DNA from: Polypterus senegalus
Taxonomy: Eukaryota
NCBI RefSeq assembly: GCF_016835505.1
Contig: NC_053155.1
Coordinates: 74,532,088 to 74,596,087, forward strand
DNA length: 64,000 nt
Reading direction: 5' to 3'
This document shows, one piece after another, positions 1 to 13,610 of the stretch (position 1 is the stretch's first letter; the number at the start of each line of letters is the position of its first letter). Below the pieces are notes generated by a model. The model did no database searches, was not told where the DNA came from, and worked only from the letters and a program-made list of their open reading frames with translations. The translations under genes and the position numbers were made by a program.

Positions 1-1700
1 TTGGGGTAATACTTCACAAGTGTTTATGACTTTGAATTTTTGTTAGACATAAAACTGTTGATAATTTAAATTTACCAAGTCCTGCCCATTGCAGAAGTTG
101 TAGAATAACAGCATGAAGGAAGTGTGGGATGGGATGAAGATCATTACTGGCTGCAGCTCGAAGCTGGGTGCTACCATCGAGAGAGACGTGGAGAGAGCAA
201 ACCAAATGAACAACTTCTTTAACAGGTTTGACCACCCTAACCCACTCTGACCTCGGAGTACTGCATCCTTCAACCATCCTTCTGCTGATACCAGCATAGG
301 AGAGACATCCCCATCCACAATTACAGCAGCGCAGAGAGCTGAGGAGACTTCGTGCCAGCAAAGCAGCGGGTCCAGATGGAGTATCGCCACGACTGCTGAA
401 GGCCTGTGCACTGGAACTGGGGAGAGTCCCAAGGCTTTGGAAAACATCTTGTATCACCCCAGTACCAAAGGTATCACGTCCTAGTGAGCTGAATGATTTC
501 CGGCCTGCCGCTCTGACATCACATTTGATGAAGACCATGGAGCAGCTGCTGCTTCACCACCTGAGGCCACAAGTCCACCACGCCCTCGATCCTCTGCAGT
601 TCGCATACCGGGAGAAGGTGGGAGCGGAGGATGCCATCATGTATATGTTACACCGATCCCTCTCCCACTTGGACAAAGGCAGTGGTGCTGTAAGAATTAT
701 GTTTTTGGACTTCTCTAGTGCCTTCAACACCATCCAACCTCCGCTCCTTAGGGACAAGCTGACAGAAATGGGAGTAGATTCACACCTGGTGGCATGGATC
801 GTGGACTATCTTACAGATAGACCTCAGTATGTGTGTCTCGGGAACTGCAGGTCTGACATTGTGGTCAGCAACACAGGAGCACCGCAAGGGACTGTACTTT
901 CTCCGGTCCTGTTCAGCCTATATACATCAGACTTCCAATACGACTCGGAGTCCTGCCACGTGCAAAAGTTTGCTGATGATACTGCTATTGTGGGCAGGAG
1001 GAGGAGTATAGGAAGCTAATCAAAAACTTTGTTAAATGGTGTCACTCAAACCACTTACACCTGAACACCAGCAAGACCAAGGAACTGGTAGTGGATTTTA
1101 GGAGGCCCAGGCCCCTCATGGACCCCGTGATCATCAGAGGAGACTGTGTGCAGAGGGTGCAAACCTGTAAATATTTGGGAGTGCAGCTGGATGATAAATT
1201 GGACTGGACTGCCAATACTGATGCACTGTGTAAGAAATGTCTGAGCCGACTATACTTCCTTAGAAGGTTGGCGTCCTTCAACATCTGCAATAAGATGCTG
1301 CAGATGTTCTACCAGACGGTTGTGGCGAGTGCCCTCTTCTACGCGGTGGTGTGCTGGGGAGGCAGCATAATGATGAAGGACGCCTCACACCTGGACAAAC
1401 TTGTTAGGAAGGCAGGCCCTATTGTATAAATGAAGCTGAACAGTTTAACATCTGTGGCAGAGCGACGGGCACTAAGCAAGCTCCTGTCAATCATGGAGAA
1501 TCCACTGCATCCACTGAACAGTGTCATCTCCAGGCAGAGGAGTAGCTTCAGTGACAGACTGCTGTCAATGTTTTGCTCCACTGAAAGACTGAGGAGAGCG
1601 TTCCTCCCCCACACTATGCGACTCTTCAATTCCACCCGGTGGAGTAATTGCTAACATTATTCAAAGTTATTGTCTGCTTTTACATGTATTTTTATTACTC
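1..1700 (+). mobile_element. 5'-truncated non-LTR retrotransposon, reverse transcriptase (RT) region (Rex1/Babar-like), decayed
   Basis: + strand frames translate to RT motifs (LDPLQFAYR, FLDFSSAFNTI, GAPQGTVLSPVLFSLYT, FADDTAIVG). The C-terminal tail ...RLRRAFLPHTMRLFNS resembles fish Rex1-type LINEs. The RT reading frame is split across at least three ORFs by frameshifts, and an AT-rich 3' end lies near 1660-1700. The element probably continues left of the window. Confidence 0.65.
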
Positions 1701-2899
1701 TTTAATTTTTTTTGTATCAGTATACTGCTGCTGGATTATGTGAATTTCCCTTTGGGATTGATAAAGTATCTATCTATCATCTATCTAGAAGACAGGTCTC
1801 TTGAACTGTCCCTAAAAGCATACCAGGTTAATCTGTCCTTCCATTTCTACAACTGTGGCTTTTTTATTTCTAATAAACACAGTCACTGCACCTGTAGTTT
1901 GTTTGGATTGAATAGTCCAATTCTTCTTTGGATTTCCATATTGGAAAAACTTGCACATCAACAATATTAGGTGGATTCAAAAATGTTTTGGCTAACTAGC
2001 TATGAACTAGTGTCCATCACTACGCAGATTATTAAGTCATGAACTTTGTGTTTTTTTTAATTTTTTATTTAAATAAAGCAATGTTCCAAGAATTCTATCT
2101 CCTATGCAGACTTCAGTTAACAAAGTTCTGGTTCTGAATATTGTGCTTGAAAAATAAATTGTAAGAAGTCATGTCCTATTGTTTGTCGTGTGCAACCAGG
2201 AACATCTTCAGTTTTGTAAAGGACACTGACACAAACGCATTACCTACAATGAGGAAAATTCATTGAACATATTGGACAAGAATACCTGAATTATTAAGAA
2301 AACCTGTATAGAGCAGGTACCATGTATTTTAAAAGACTAATACATTGCTTTATGGGCTAACATGAATGCGGTATTTTTCAGTGTTGTGTTTATAGTGTTG
2401 TAGCCTGTTACTCGGTATTTCCCGACATAGAGAATATAAGTGGTACACCACAGATGATGTGTGATGCATTACAATTAAGTCTGATGTTGAGTAGTCCATG
2501 AAAATGTTAAGTTTCAGTTTGACTTGATGTGACAGTTCATAACACTCTTCGTAAGGCTGGGAATTACATATAATTCCATATTTCTAAACAGCGTTGTGTA
2601 ATGGCAGGTGAAAACTCATACTTGAAATAAATCATGTGGCCTAATTTGATCTGATATTGTTATTTTAATCTGTGCTTTTATTTTAACTTGGTCTTGACTC
2701 CATCTTAATTAGTTGCAGTCTTGGACTTCTGGACTTAATAAAGGTAGACTTGATTGCAGTTCTACTTACCTGTTCAGTTCATTTATGCTTAAAACATTTA
2801 TTGGTTTACTCTTCATCCTGAGGGAGTAATTTTCACAAAATGTGACCTAGTAATTGACTAAAAATGAAGGGAAAGTCATACTTTTCTCAGTATTTTGTA

Positions 2900-5020
2900 A
2901 GAGTGCAGATGCAAAGACTAAAATTGTGAAGTTGAACTTTGGTAAGGCAAAGAACTGATGCGGCAAAGTCTAAGGAAGATAGACTGGGATAAGCTTTTAA
3001 GTGTGGAGACAGTTGATGAGCAGTGGAACAGGTTTAAAAATGTTTTACATGTAATGCAGGACAGGTACATACCTAAATTTGGAATTAATGGGAAGTTTAA
3101 AAAACCTCCACAGTGGATTAGTAAAGACTTAAAAAAGAAGCTGCAAAGGAAAAAAAACTGCTTTATAAGGCATACAAGACTAATGACTGCAAAGTGAATC
3201 GTAGAGCGTATGAGAACATGAGAGCAACCATTAAGAAGGATATCAGGGAGGCTAAAAAACAGTTGGATAGAAATATAACAGATAAGGTTAAAGAAGACCC
3301 TAAGAGATTCTTTCAGTATTTTAGTAGTAAAACAACAGTCAAGGAGGAGGTGAAGCACATCAGAAATAGTAAAGGGGAATTAAAATATAGCGGATACCCT
3401 AAACTTACATTTTTCTGAGGTCTTCACAAGTGACCAAGTGGATAATCTCCCAGAGGTAAACGGAACTACTAAGGAGGTACTGAGGGAGCTGGAAATTGTA
3501 GAGGGCGCTCAGATTAAACAGGAAGAAATCAAACATATCACCGGGACCAGATAATATTTACACTTGAATTCTTAGGGAGGCTAGAGAGTATATAGTGTAT
3601 ATAAACCCTTGACACATATTTTTAGGAAGTTACTGAGCACGGGAGAGATTCCAAAGGACAAGAAAATGGAAAATATCATCCCATTATATAAGGGTGACAG
3701 GGCAGATCCAAGCAACTATAGGCCGTTAATCTTAACATGCATCACAGGAAAATTAATGGAAGGAATTATTAAGGATAAGATTGAGTAACATCTGGCGAGG
3801 ACAGGAGTTATTAGGGACAGTCAGCATGGGTTCAGAAGAAGGAGTTCTTACTAACATGCTAGATATGAGGAGGCAACAAAAGTATATGATTAAAATGGAG
3901 CATTTGATATTATTTATCTTGACTTTCAGAAAGCATTTGATAAGGTGCCACATGAGAGGTAGGGCATCAAACTAAAAGAAGTGGGAGTTCAGGGTGATGT
4001 TTGTAAATAGGTGCAGAATTAGCTCAGACACAGGAAGCAGAGGGTGATGGTGCAAGGAACCTCATCAGAATTGGCTGATGGGTTCAGTGTTGGGGCCACT
4101 GCTGTTTTTAATATAGAGTATATACAAGATTTAGATATGAATATAAGTAACAAGCTTTTTTAAGTTTGCAGATGATACCAAGTAGGTGGATTGGCAGATA
4201 ATTTGGAATCCATTAAATCATTACAGAAGGACTTGGACATCATACAGGCTTGGGCAGATTTGTGTCAGTTGAAATTTAATGTCAGTAAATGTAAAGTGTT
4301 ACACAAGGAAGTAAAAATGTTAGGTTTGAATACACAATGGGAGGTCTGAAAATCGAGAATACACCTTATGAGAAGGATTTAGGAGTCATACTAGGCTCTA
4401 TGTAGTCAACTTCCCAACAATGATCAGAAGCCATTAAGGTGGCAAACAGAATGTTAGGTTATATAGCACCAATGTATGGATTACAACTCCAAGGAGGTTA
4501 TTCTCAAGCTTTATAATGCACTGGTGATGCCTCATCTCGAGTACTATGTGCAGTTTTGGTCTCTATGCTACAAAAAGGACATAGCAGCGCTAGAAAAGGT
4601 TCAGAGAAGAGCGACAAGGCTGATTCCATGGCTAAAGGGAATGAATTATGAACAGATTAAAAGAGCTGAACCTTTTCAGTTTAAACAAAAGAAGATTGAG
4701 AGGTGACATAATTGAAGTTTTTAAAATTTTGAAAGGAATTAGTACAGTGGATTGAGACTGTTATTTTAAAATTAGTTAATCAAGAACACAGGGACACTGT
4801 TGGAACATGTTAAGGGTAAATTTCGCAAAAATATTAGGAAGTTTTTCTTTACACAGAGAACCACAAACACTTGGAATAAGCTACCAAGTAGTGTGGTAGA
4901 CAGTAAAACTTTAGAAACTTTCAAAACTTGACTTGTTTTTTTAGAAGAACTAAGTAGATAGGACTGGTGAGCTTTGTTGGGCTGAATTGCCTGTTCTCGT
5001 CTAGATTGTTCTAATGTTCT
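2900..5020 (+). mobile_element. CR1-like LINE, 3' portion (RT and C-terminal domain), pseudogenised
   Basis: Translation gives RT motifs (FQKAFDKVPHE, FADDTK-like) and the characteristic CR1 C-terminus LEYYVQFWS..YKKDIAALEKVQRRATRLIP...RTNIRKFFFTQR. Several in-frame stops are present. The 3' tail (gctttgttgggctgaattgcctgttctcgtctagattgttctaatgttc) recurs inverted at 8768-8830. Confidence 0.75.
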
Positions 5021-5200
5021 AATTACTGCATGTCACTCTCAAATTTTACTTAGTAAGCTGGAGCACGTCTGCTTTAGTCAGCTGCAGTAGTGCCACTAAT
5101 GCCTTTGGTCTTTTTTCGCAGGGTGTACTGTAAATGAATAGAGACATTGCTCTTAGATAATAAAACTGTTTTTCTAAATATTAGTATTTTTTCCCAACAG

Positions 5201-5308
5201 GGTTTAGAAGTTGAGCTCCCTCCTGTGCTTGCTTATACTGATCTTATCCTGCCAAAGGCAGGAAAACTATTTTCTGTGGTAGTACATCACATGGTGACCC
5301 CGAATGAG
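5201..5308 (+). CDS. rnf17: rnf17-like (Tudor-domain protein) exon; N-terminal part of an extended Tudor domain
   Basis: Acceptor ttcccaacag precedes 5201 and donor gtatgt follows 5308. Phase 0 to 0. Encodes GLEVELPPVLAYTDLILPKAGKLFSVVVHHMVTPNE. It joins in frame with the next four exons to give one continuous extended Tudor domain. The gene symbol rests on synteny with cenpj (an inference). Confidence 0.6.
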
Positions 5309-6479
5309 GTATGTAGAAAGTCTTATTTAATGTGTAGGAATTTTGGGTAGGTTTGATAATACAAATACTGTATTTACAGATTATTGATTAATTTCTTGAA
5401 ATCATAAATTGTATAATTCATTGTTTTATTGTATATTAACAAGAAAGATTGTTATGTTGCACTTCTCACACGACGAAGATCAAGTCCCTGGTTGATAAAT
5501 GAATTACATGGTTTTAATTTTCATTGTGTCTGTTTACTTTAAATATATCAAATATTTAGCAGCATTTCACAGTTTATTTCTTCTTGGACTATTAATCATT
5601 CAGAGTTTCATTTTCTATAGCACGTTTCCTGTTTAAGATTGCAGTATAGCCTTCTAGTCAGCACTCACAAAAGGTTACGTTATTGCGTAAAGAAATCCCA
5701 AGTCGTCCTATGTCATCTGAAATGTTTACTCCTGCCAGTAGGCCCTGAATCATTTTAAAGCTGTCTATGTCAAACATACTTTTCACATGGTATCCTCACC
5801 AGAAAACACACACATTCAGATATTATCTTTCTAAAATGCCAAATTCATCCATTATCACAAATAATGATTCCCACAGACCTACAGAATAAGGTATTTTTGG
5901 CCACTCATTTAAGAAATCTAATTCACTTACTATGTATACCTAACAACCATTGAGAGTTTTTTTCAAGGATTTAGCCACAAATTCACTACTGTGGTCTGTA
6001 AGAATCTGCTGCACTGTTGCTTCTATGTGTATAAGTATACTTATTTGTAAACACAAAATCTTGAGATACTTAAACTTTTCCATTTAGTATAACTGACCCT
6101 AATCCCCAAACCAATTTACCCCAAACACTCCTTCAAGAAAACGACATTCCACTGCCTTCTGGGAGAGAAACATTATTTTAAATTCAAGTTTGGTAATCTT
6201 GACTGCTTCATACTCCACTATGAACCATTTTAGTGCACTCCAAGAAAACGGTAAGTTGATACAGAACATCATACTTTGTTTACAGTAGCCATGCAACAAT
6301 ATGATCCATGTGCAATATCACAAATATAATATATGATCTTGTATACAACCTTAAATTCTGTGTATGAAAATCACAACCTGTTAGAATTTTACAGATCATA
6401 TATCTCATTTCCCTAAGATCAAACTCAATATACAATATCAGACTTACTGTCACAAATATGGACACATCTCATTTTACAC

Positions 6480-7000
6480 AACCATCTGGTGATTGGTTGA
6501 TGGGATCAGTTCATCACTCATTACATGAGTTTTCAAAATCTATAACCACAAATCTGCATATAAAGATAAAATTAACCTACTTAACATTCTGTTGAAACCA
6601 GGCATCCACCACACCCATTTCTTCCAGTTGGGGCCGCAAATAGTTCTCTAGCATTTCAGTGTAACGTTCTGAAGTAACGGTGACCATTGCTCCCCCCTCC
6701 TCAAAAAAGCATGGGCTTACAATGACAAATTCTGCAACGATGCACCAAACTGTAACACACTAACTGTGCAGGGGTCTCTGATGAAATTCACGAGGGTTGG
6801 TTTCAGCCCAATAGCACAAGTTTTGCTTATTTTCGCAACCATTCAAATGGAAATGTGCCTTGTCACTGCACGTGATGATGGCATCTCAATGAGCGGTTTG
6901 CAGAATGTTCATGCACAACTCTCTACACTTCTACCAGTCTGTCTCAGTGAGTTCTTTTTCATTGATGGAAAGTTATGTTCTTACTCTTGACTGTATAAAT
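6480..7000 (-). mobile_element. mariner-like (Tc1/mariner superfamily) transposase fragment, same family as the 45110-46376 element
   Basis: The reverse complement translates to ...CKPLIEM...GAMVTVTSERYTEMLENYLRPQLEEMGVVDAWFQQ. This matches ...CKPFIEM...GAMLTVTSEYCIEMFENSLWPQ...WFQQDGATAHTA of the element at 45.1-46.4 kb. It is truncated just after WFQQ. Confidence 0.55.
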
Positions 7001-8764
7001 ACACGGCTGGGCAATATGGATTTAAATTGATATTGTGATTATTTTGATCAAAAATATTTTCTCACAATGATGATATGAAATATTAACAAGTCTTTTTATC
7101 AAAATTTAATGACTTCATGAATAGTCATGCCTCAAAGAAACATCTCAAATAACATTTTTTCCCAACCATTTTTGTTTTATGTCTCTTCTAGTTCTTTTTG
7201 AATTTTTATTGTATGTATTCCATTTAACACCTTGCCTGCCATCAGTGTCTGCCAGCCAGTAAACATTACTGTCTTTGTTTGACTGCTTTATATAAGGAAA
7301 GACAAAGCTGTTTATTCATTACTGAACAAATTACAGATGATAATACATGTACATGTGTGTATTGTACATATATATTTTTATTAATTATTTCATTTGGAAT
7401 GGTTCCAAAGTATGTATTTGCATACAAGGGCTTTTCCTGACTCCAGTTATTGATTCACAGAATAGTGCAAAGAGTGCAACAATATATATGTGTAGTCTAA
7501 AATAAATATTGAAACAGAAAATTAAATTGCACCAATAATGAGTATAATACAATAACTTTACAGTGCTTTTAACAGCTCAAGTTAAGATATTTTTAAAAAT
7601 GTTATCAACCAGCTCTTGAAACAGAACTACAAAACAAATTTAACAAAAGAACCCGTAGTAAATTAATTTGCATTTATCTACAAGGCACACTGTGCTCATA
7701 AAGTACTATATGAATAAACTCTGTATCCCAAATTCTACCACATACCTTGTTTAAATGTGAATGAATGCTTTGCTTGAACATAAATATATAACTAAAGATA
7801 AACATGATAAACATTGTGAAGATGCTGGCTAATATTTTTTTACTTTGTATACTTAATGTTTGATCACAGATGCACACAACTTAGGAAAAGTTACAAATTA
7901 AACATTCCAAGGTGGTAAAGTGGTGTTACTGAAAATAGCAAGACACAAAGTACAGTATGTACACAAGGACAAAATTGATTATTAAATCAATTAAGACAGC
8001 ATAACACCATAGCTTTATATAATTCGAGACATTCTCACAGTCATTAGGAAGGTCAGTTAACATGCTACACAAAAGTACAAAATCAAATTAAAATAAAATA
8101 GCAGGTAATGCAGTTTACCCCATCACTGATACAGTAACATTTAAAATTAACACACACACATACAAAAAGGCTGCTGTGTTTATTGCTGCTTATAATGTTT
8201 AAGTAGCGGAGGGGGCATAAAATGGATAATTGAGGGCTTAAGTACTGCATGCGCAGGCCTGGCCTTTTCATATGCATCAGTATGTTTTATCTTTAGATGC
8301 TATACTTCTTGAACTGTCATCACAGGAAAACCAAGTCATTTTCAAATGGCCAGTTTAACCCTACCTGTTCTAAGCACTTTGTGTTCTGATCCTCTATTTT
8401 ATTTTTATTTTTTTTTTACATTCATCACTGCCATGGGTGGAGTCAACGTAAACATGCTTAAAAAGAGCAGTTAAGCCTATATGGATTTTATTTCATATTC
8501 ATAAGAAGTTGTGGAAAATCATATAAAAGTGTGAACATTGTGATTTTGACTTTTACATATTTTTATTAAATATTAAATCACAAATGTAATATATTGCCCA
8601 GATATATTGTATAGTATGTATAAGAAAAGGATACAATATTATATAGTAACATTTTATGAAACACAGATTATAAACATATCAGATCAATCATATTAAACTG
8701 ATTACTCACTGTACAGCAAGTCAATAGCTTAAAGCATCTGATGCATGAATTAGTTGTCAAGAGG

Positions 8765-9635
8765 AAGGAATTCAGTTAGAACATTAGAACAATCTAGACG
8801 AGAACAGGCCATTCAGCCCAACAAAGCTCACCAGTCCTATCCACTTGTTTCCTCCAAGAAAACATCAAGTCGAGTTTTGAAAGTCCCTAACGTCTTACTG
8901 TCTACCACACTACTTGGTAGCTTATTCCAAGTGTCTGTCTATCTTTGTGTAAAGAAAAACTTCCTAATGTTTGTGCGAAATTTACCCTTAACAAGTTTCC
9001 AACTGTGTCCCCGTGTTCTTGATGAACTCATTTTGAAATAACAGTCTTGATCCACTGTACTAATTCCCTTCATAATTTTAAACACTTCAATCATGTCACC
9101 TCTTAATCTTCTTTTGCTTAAACTGTAAAGGCTCAGCTCTTTTAATCTTTCCTCATAATTCAACCCCTGTAGACCTGGAATCAGCCTAGTCGCTCTTCTC
9201 TGGACCTTTTCTAGTGCTGCTATGTCCTTTTTGTAGCCTGGAGACCAAAACTGCACACAGTACTCAAGATGAGGCCTCACCAGTGCATTTATAAAGGTTG
9301 AGCATATCCTCCTTGGATTTGTACTCCACAGATCGTGCTATATAACCTAACATTCTGTTAGCCTTCTTAATGGCTTCTGAACACTGTTGGGAAGTTGATA
9401 GCTTAGAGTCCACTATGACTCCTAAATCCTTCTCATAAGGTGTACTCTCAATTTTTTCCACAGAATATTTATATATAGTACTGCTACCATCTACAGCTGT
9501 GTATTTTATGGTTTTATCATGAACTGTGCTCTTGAATGACTTGAAAGGCACAATTAAATAAAATGTATTGTTATTACTGGTTTTATTTTCTGTGAAAGTG
9601 CCACTGCTGTGAAACATCCTGCATTGTTCCAGTTC
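8765..9635 (-). mobile_element. CR1-like LINE 3' fragment (second copy, inverted relative to 2900-5020)
   Basis: - strand ORFs read MRPHLEYCVQFWSPGYKKDIAALEKVQRRATRLIPGLQGL...GKFRTNIRKFFFTQR and ...EKDLGVIVDSKLSTSQQCSEAIKKANRMLGYIARS. The 3' tail is the reverse complement of 4960-5015. Confidence 0.75.
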
Positions 9636-9639
9636 CAAA

Positions 9640-9830
9640 GATCAGCGGCACTTATGTCACACTATATGAAGATCCTTGAGAGACTGATCATGGACTATAT
9701 GAGTGTTGTTTTGTTTTAGACCACCTGGACCCACTGTAGTTTGCCTATCAGATAAACTTAAATTCTATAATGTAAGGAAAGGTTGTCGCTGAGGCTTGAC
9801 TGGAGTTTGAATGTATGCCATTTCAACTTT
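9640..9830 (+). mobile_element. small Rex1-like RT fragment
   Basis: + strand reads LMSHYMKILERLIMDYMSVVL..HLDPLQFAYQ, homologous to LTSHLMKTMEQLLLHHL...LDPLQFAYR at 500-620. The upstream piece is frameshifted. Confidence 0.4.
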
Positions 9831-11436
9831 CCTCTACTCAAGTTAGTACAGTCGCATTACTGAAAATTTCAGAAACTGTACAATTGAATGTTGTGTGGTA
9901 CAGGCAATTTATAACAGAGTAACACAGTATTTCTTGCTCATTTTCTCACAATCTCAAGAGTTGGACATTTTTTTGTATTCATCCCCTGACTTTTCGGTCA
10001 CCTTTTCACAGAGTTCCTTGAGTTCTGTTGTATTTATTGTGTGGGTTAGGTAGGTAAATTGACTTGCTACTACAATCAATTGAAACATCTTGACAGGTGA
10101 TTTCCTTTGAATTAATTAAGTGACTTCTAAAGCCAAATGGCTACACCAGTAATGATTTCGGTGTGTTGTATTAAGTTGTGTGACTACATACAGTATGCAG
10201 TATTTTTTGTTTTAAATTTGTTATTAATAAGCCTGCTGATTAATTACATCTAACATCTGTGATTGCAGTTTTTAACAAAACATCTAAATCCCATTAACTT
10301 CACTGTGCTTCACACATAGTTAATTAAACAGCATCAAATGAATCCAAGTCTATTAATTGTAGTAGCAGTGTAGCACTGCCGCATAAATACTGCATATTGT
10401 ACAAGTGTCTGTCTTATGAGTGCTGTTTATCACTGCCTGGTCTTCCACACATTTAACGTGTGGAAGCTTTCTTCATCCCAGGACTGAGAGTGGAAAGAAA
10501 ATGATTGACAACATTGCCCATTGATAGTGAAATTTCTAGGCTCCAGTCAGTGACTAATACAAAAATAGATAAAGAGGCAGCCAAAAACAAAGAGAGAAGG
10601 AAAAACCCATTGAGAGATATCCAGTTTAAGCTCAAAGGTTATATTAAGTGGGGAAAAAAGAAAGGAGTTGGTAAAAAAAAAAAGCATACCTTGAACCAAC
10701 CAAAGTAAATCAACACAACTGGCTGAAATAGTATTTTATTTTTCATTGTAGTGTCATTTTAAACATCGCATTATAGACAGAATCAATCAAAGTGACTGAC
10801 TAATTTGTATTAGAAGGTAATCACTGAGGTATTTGTGCTTTACAGAAAAATATTAATATGGTTGAAGGAAATGCATAAACTTTCAATTTATATTCAGTTA
10901 ATTTCAATTAAGTTTTAATCATAGGATTAATTGAGACTCAATTTTTTGATCTATTAGTGGCCGTAGTAATTCATTTAGTCCACTTCGCAGAGATCTGTTT
11001 TCACTCAAACTCTTGCTTTGAGATCTTTTTTCTGCCGATCGATGTTAAACAAGCCAAATTAAATACATTTTCAATCAATATTGTGTAACAAAATATGAAG
11101 GCATTGAACGGTGTGAATACTTTTTATAGGCACTTAACATTTGAATAACAGCCATGCCCCATACTTCTGTTGGCATCACAGCAGAATAGCTTTATCAGAA
11201 ACTTATACAAAAATGTGATTTTTGGCTAGAAATATTACAGATTGTTTTTCAAATAATTTTATGTATTATTGAATGGCCCATGACTATCTCTGTAACTTCT
11301 TGTTTAAGCTGATACTCTACTATGGACACAAATAAGATCAGATTTCAAAGAACAAAAAAATATCATGCATAATGGAATTTCTTTAAGACAGAAAGATTTG
11401 TGTTTCACTAATAATAATATTTAAACTATTTTTCAG

Positions 11437-11563
11437 GTGTACCTGTCTCCTAGTGATGGGGTGCATGAAGTAAGCAATCTGGAAAATGCAACTTTGCAAG
11501 ATGTTTTAGATCAGATTAATGAAAAAACGGATACTCTTCCATTTGTTACTGATTTTTGTCCAG
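11437..11563 (+). CDS. rnf17: rnf17-like exon (Tudor domain, part 2)
   Basis: Acceptor ctatttttcag and donor gtagtt. Phase 0 to 1. Encodes VYLSPSDGVHEVSNLENATLQDVLDQINEKTDTLPFVTDFCP(G). Confidence 0.6.
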
Positions 11564-13479
11564 GTAGTTTTATTGTTCTTTTCATGTTTGTTTTAGAAGT
11601 AACTGTAGAGCTTTGAGACTTGCTGATCTTTAAAAAAAAAATTTCCTCCTGCATAGTTAATCAATCACCATAACAGTGTCAATCAAAAATGATACAAAAA
11701 CTATTAGGAGAATATGCACAGGATACAAAGTGGTAGTTAACTAAATGATTTTAAAAATCACATTTTTCTTTTTTTAAAATGCATACTGCAGGAGCGTTGA
11801 AACTGTTTGATTTTTTTTAGTTTGTCTTAATTCTGTGAAATTGTTTGAAGACACAAGAAAACATTACTGATGTAATTGATAATGCTGAGTGATTTGATTT
11901 TACAGTGCTTGTTGTTAATGCATTGATTGATGGCAAGATACGTTTTTTTCTACAGTTTTTGCCATGGAAAATATGCATTTAAAAGCCTTGTGATTATAAA
12001 CTACTAGCAGTGTCATTTCAAACCTTCCAAACAATGATGTGTCTCATTGTTGTAATTTGACAATATTCTAAATCTTCTAAGACTTAAACTCCAAGAGTGT
12101 TCAGCAGTTAACAGCTTTGTTTTGTATCATCAATAATGAAAGGAGTATGATGCTTATCAAAATTACTAATTTCTTTAGTTGCATTTATTTGGGGCACACA
12201 CTTCTTGCAGATATTTATAAAAGAATTTCTGCTGTGCTAGAATTGATTAACACCTCCTAAGTGCCAGTAGTAAGGATCATAAGATTTAGAAATTATAGAA
12301 ATAAATTATTTATTTAGCTTTTTTATTGTGGATTATAAAATAATAAAAAAAAAATAAAGAATCCCGTAAAACAGTGAAATGTCTTATGATGTCATAGTGA
12401 AGAATACCTTACTGGTGTCCAGCAAGACACCATGACGTTCATGGCAGTCAGAGGCGTCATTTTAGGCACAGGCAGCAGTGAAATATCTGTCTGTCCAGAG
12501 TGGAAGCACTATAGAAATGCTACAAGGAAATGTTAGCTATTTGTTACTATCATATTCCAGATTTTTCTCAGATTCAGTTCTGGTAATCTGGGGAGATAAA
12601 TGGTTTGCCTCAAACTATGAGATCCTTGTGGTGCTCAGCATATACAAAAAAGGAACTTGTTTGCCCCAGGTCAACTTTCCTATGTAAGTCTGATCTCCAT
12701 GAAAACATGTCATTAAAATTTTTTCGCAGGTTATCACTACAAACAACATGGGGCAAGTAACACGAAAAAAATGTTATTTCCACCTTTAACTGTAATAGAC
12801 TATGGTATTTTTCAGCAATAACAGCAACCATTTTTCTTGTAATTTTTGTACTGTTTCATATTGTAATGTGGAAGTATTTTGACCCAGTCCTCCTTGAAGA
12901 ACTGCTTCACCACAGTAACATTAGTGGTTTTTCAAACATGAACTACTCATTTCAGATCCTTGGACAAGGAGCCATTTAGGTGTCTGTCTCCATCTATTCT
13001 AATGTAAACTTGTTTATGTCTTTTGAAACAGTTTCTTTCTTCATGACCCAGCTTACAGACAAACAGCTTTACAGCTTTGTGAAAAGTTCTCATATAAGGC
13101 AAAATTACTGGTTCCTTTAGTTAGTCAGTTTCTTATACAGTAAAGCCTTCCAAAACCATGACACTAATGCTTTTGTTTTCCCAGGGCTTCACCCAGGCTT
13201 TAGTTTCTCTTCCTTATGTTTATTTATTCAGTTGTATATTTATTTATTAGTTGTTTTATGTTATTTATTACACATTACTGTATTTTTTGATTCTATTTGT
13301 TTTTTAGAGGATTTCCTTGTTTACTATTTGTTTTGCAATTTTGTTTCTATATTTTGTGCATGTTCAGCCTAGGGGATTGTGGTCTTCTGGCACTGCAGCT
13401 GCTGTGCCTGCTTGTGGCCTATCTAAAGGTCTGTGATGCCACAGGCTCATGCTGAGGCATTATCATTCCCTGCTGTTAT

Positions 13480-13610
13480 TTCATTTTCTAACCAGCTTAG
13501 ACCAGGGTGGCATGGGGCTGCTAAAGCCTATCCTAGCTAGCATAGGGCACAAGGCAGGATAAAACCCTGGACAGGGTGCCAGTCAATAACAGGCTCATGT
13601 TATTTATTTC
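13480..13610 (-). repeat. teleost LINE/SINE 3'-tail fragment
   Basis: Contains gcctatcctagc...gggcacaaggcagg...accctggacagggtgccagtc, the reverse complement of the common teleost tail motif ...ctggcgacctgtccagggtg...gctgggataggctccagc. The same motif ends the LINE at 32812-36240. Confidence 0.4.

Noticed and set aside
14-538. 174-aa ORF on the - strand at the start of the window
   Set aside because: It is antisense to the Rex1-like RT coding region and reads as a low-complexity peptide with no recognisable motifs. It is an antisense artefact.
12478-12687. ORF containing 'LSIYKKG', reminiscent of the RT '(P)IxKKGD' motif
   Set aside because: The residue order (SNYEIL before KKG) is reversed relative to real RT domains, and no other RT motifs occur nearby. 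The resemblance is coincidental.
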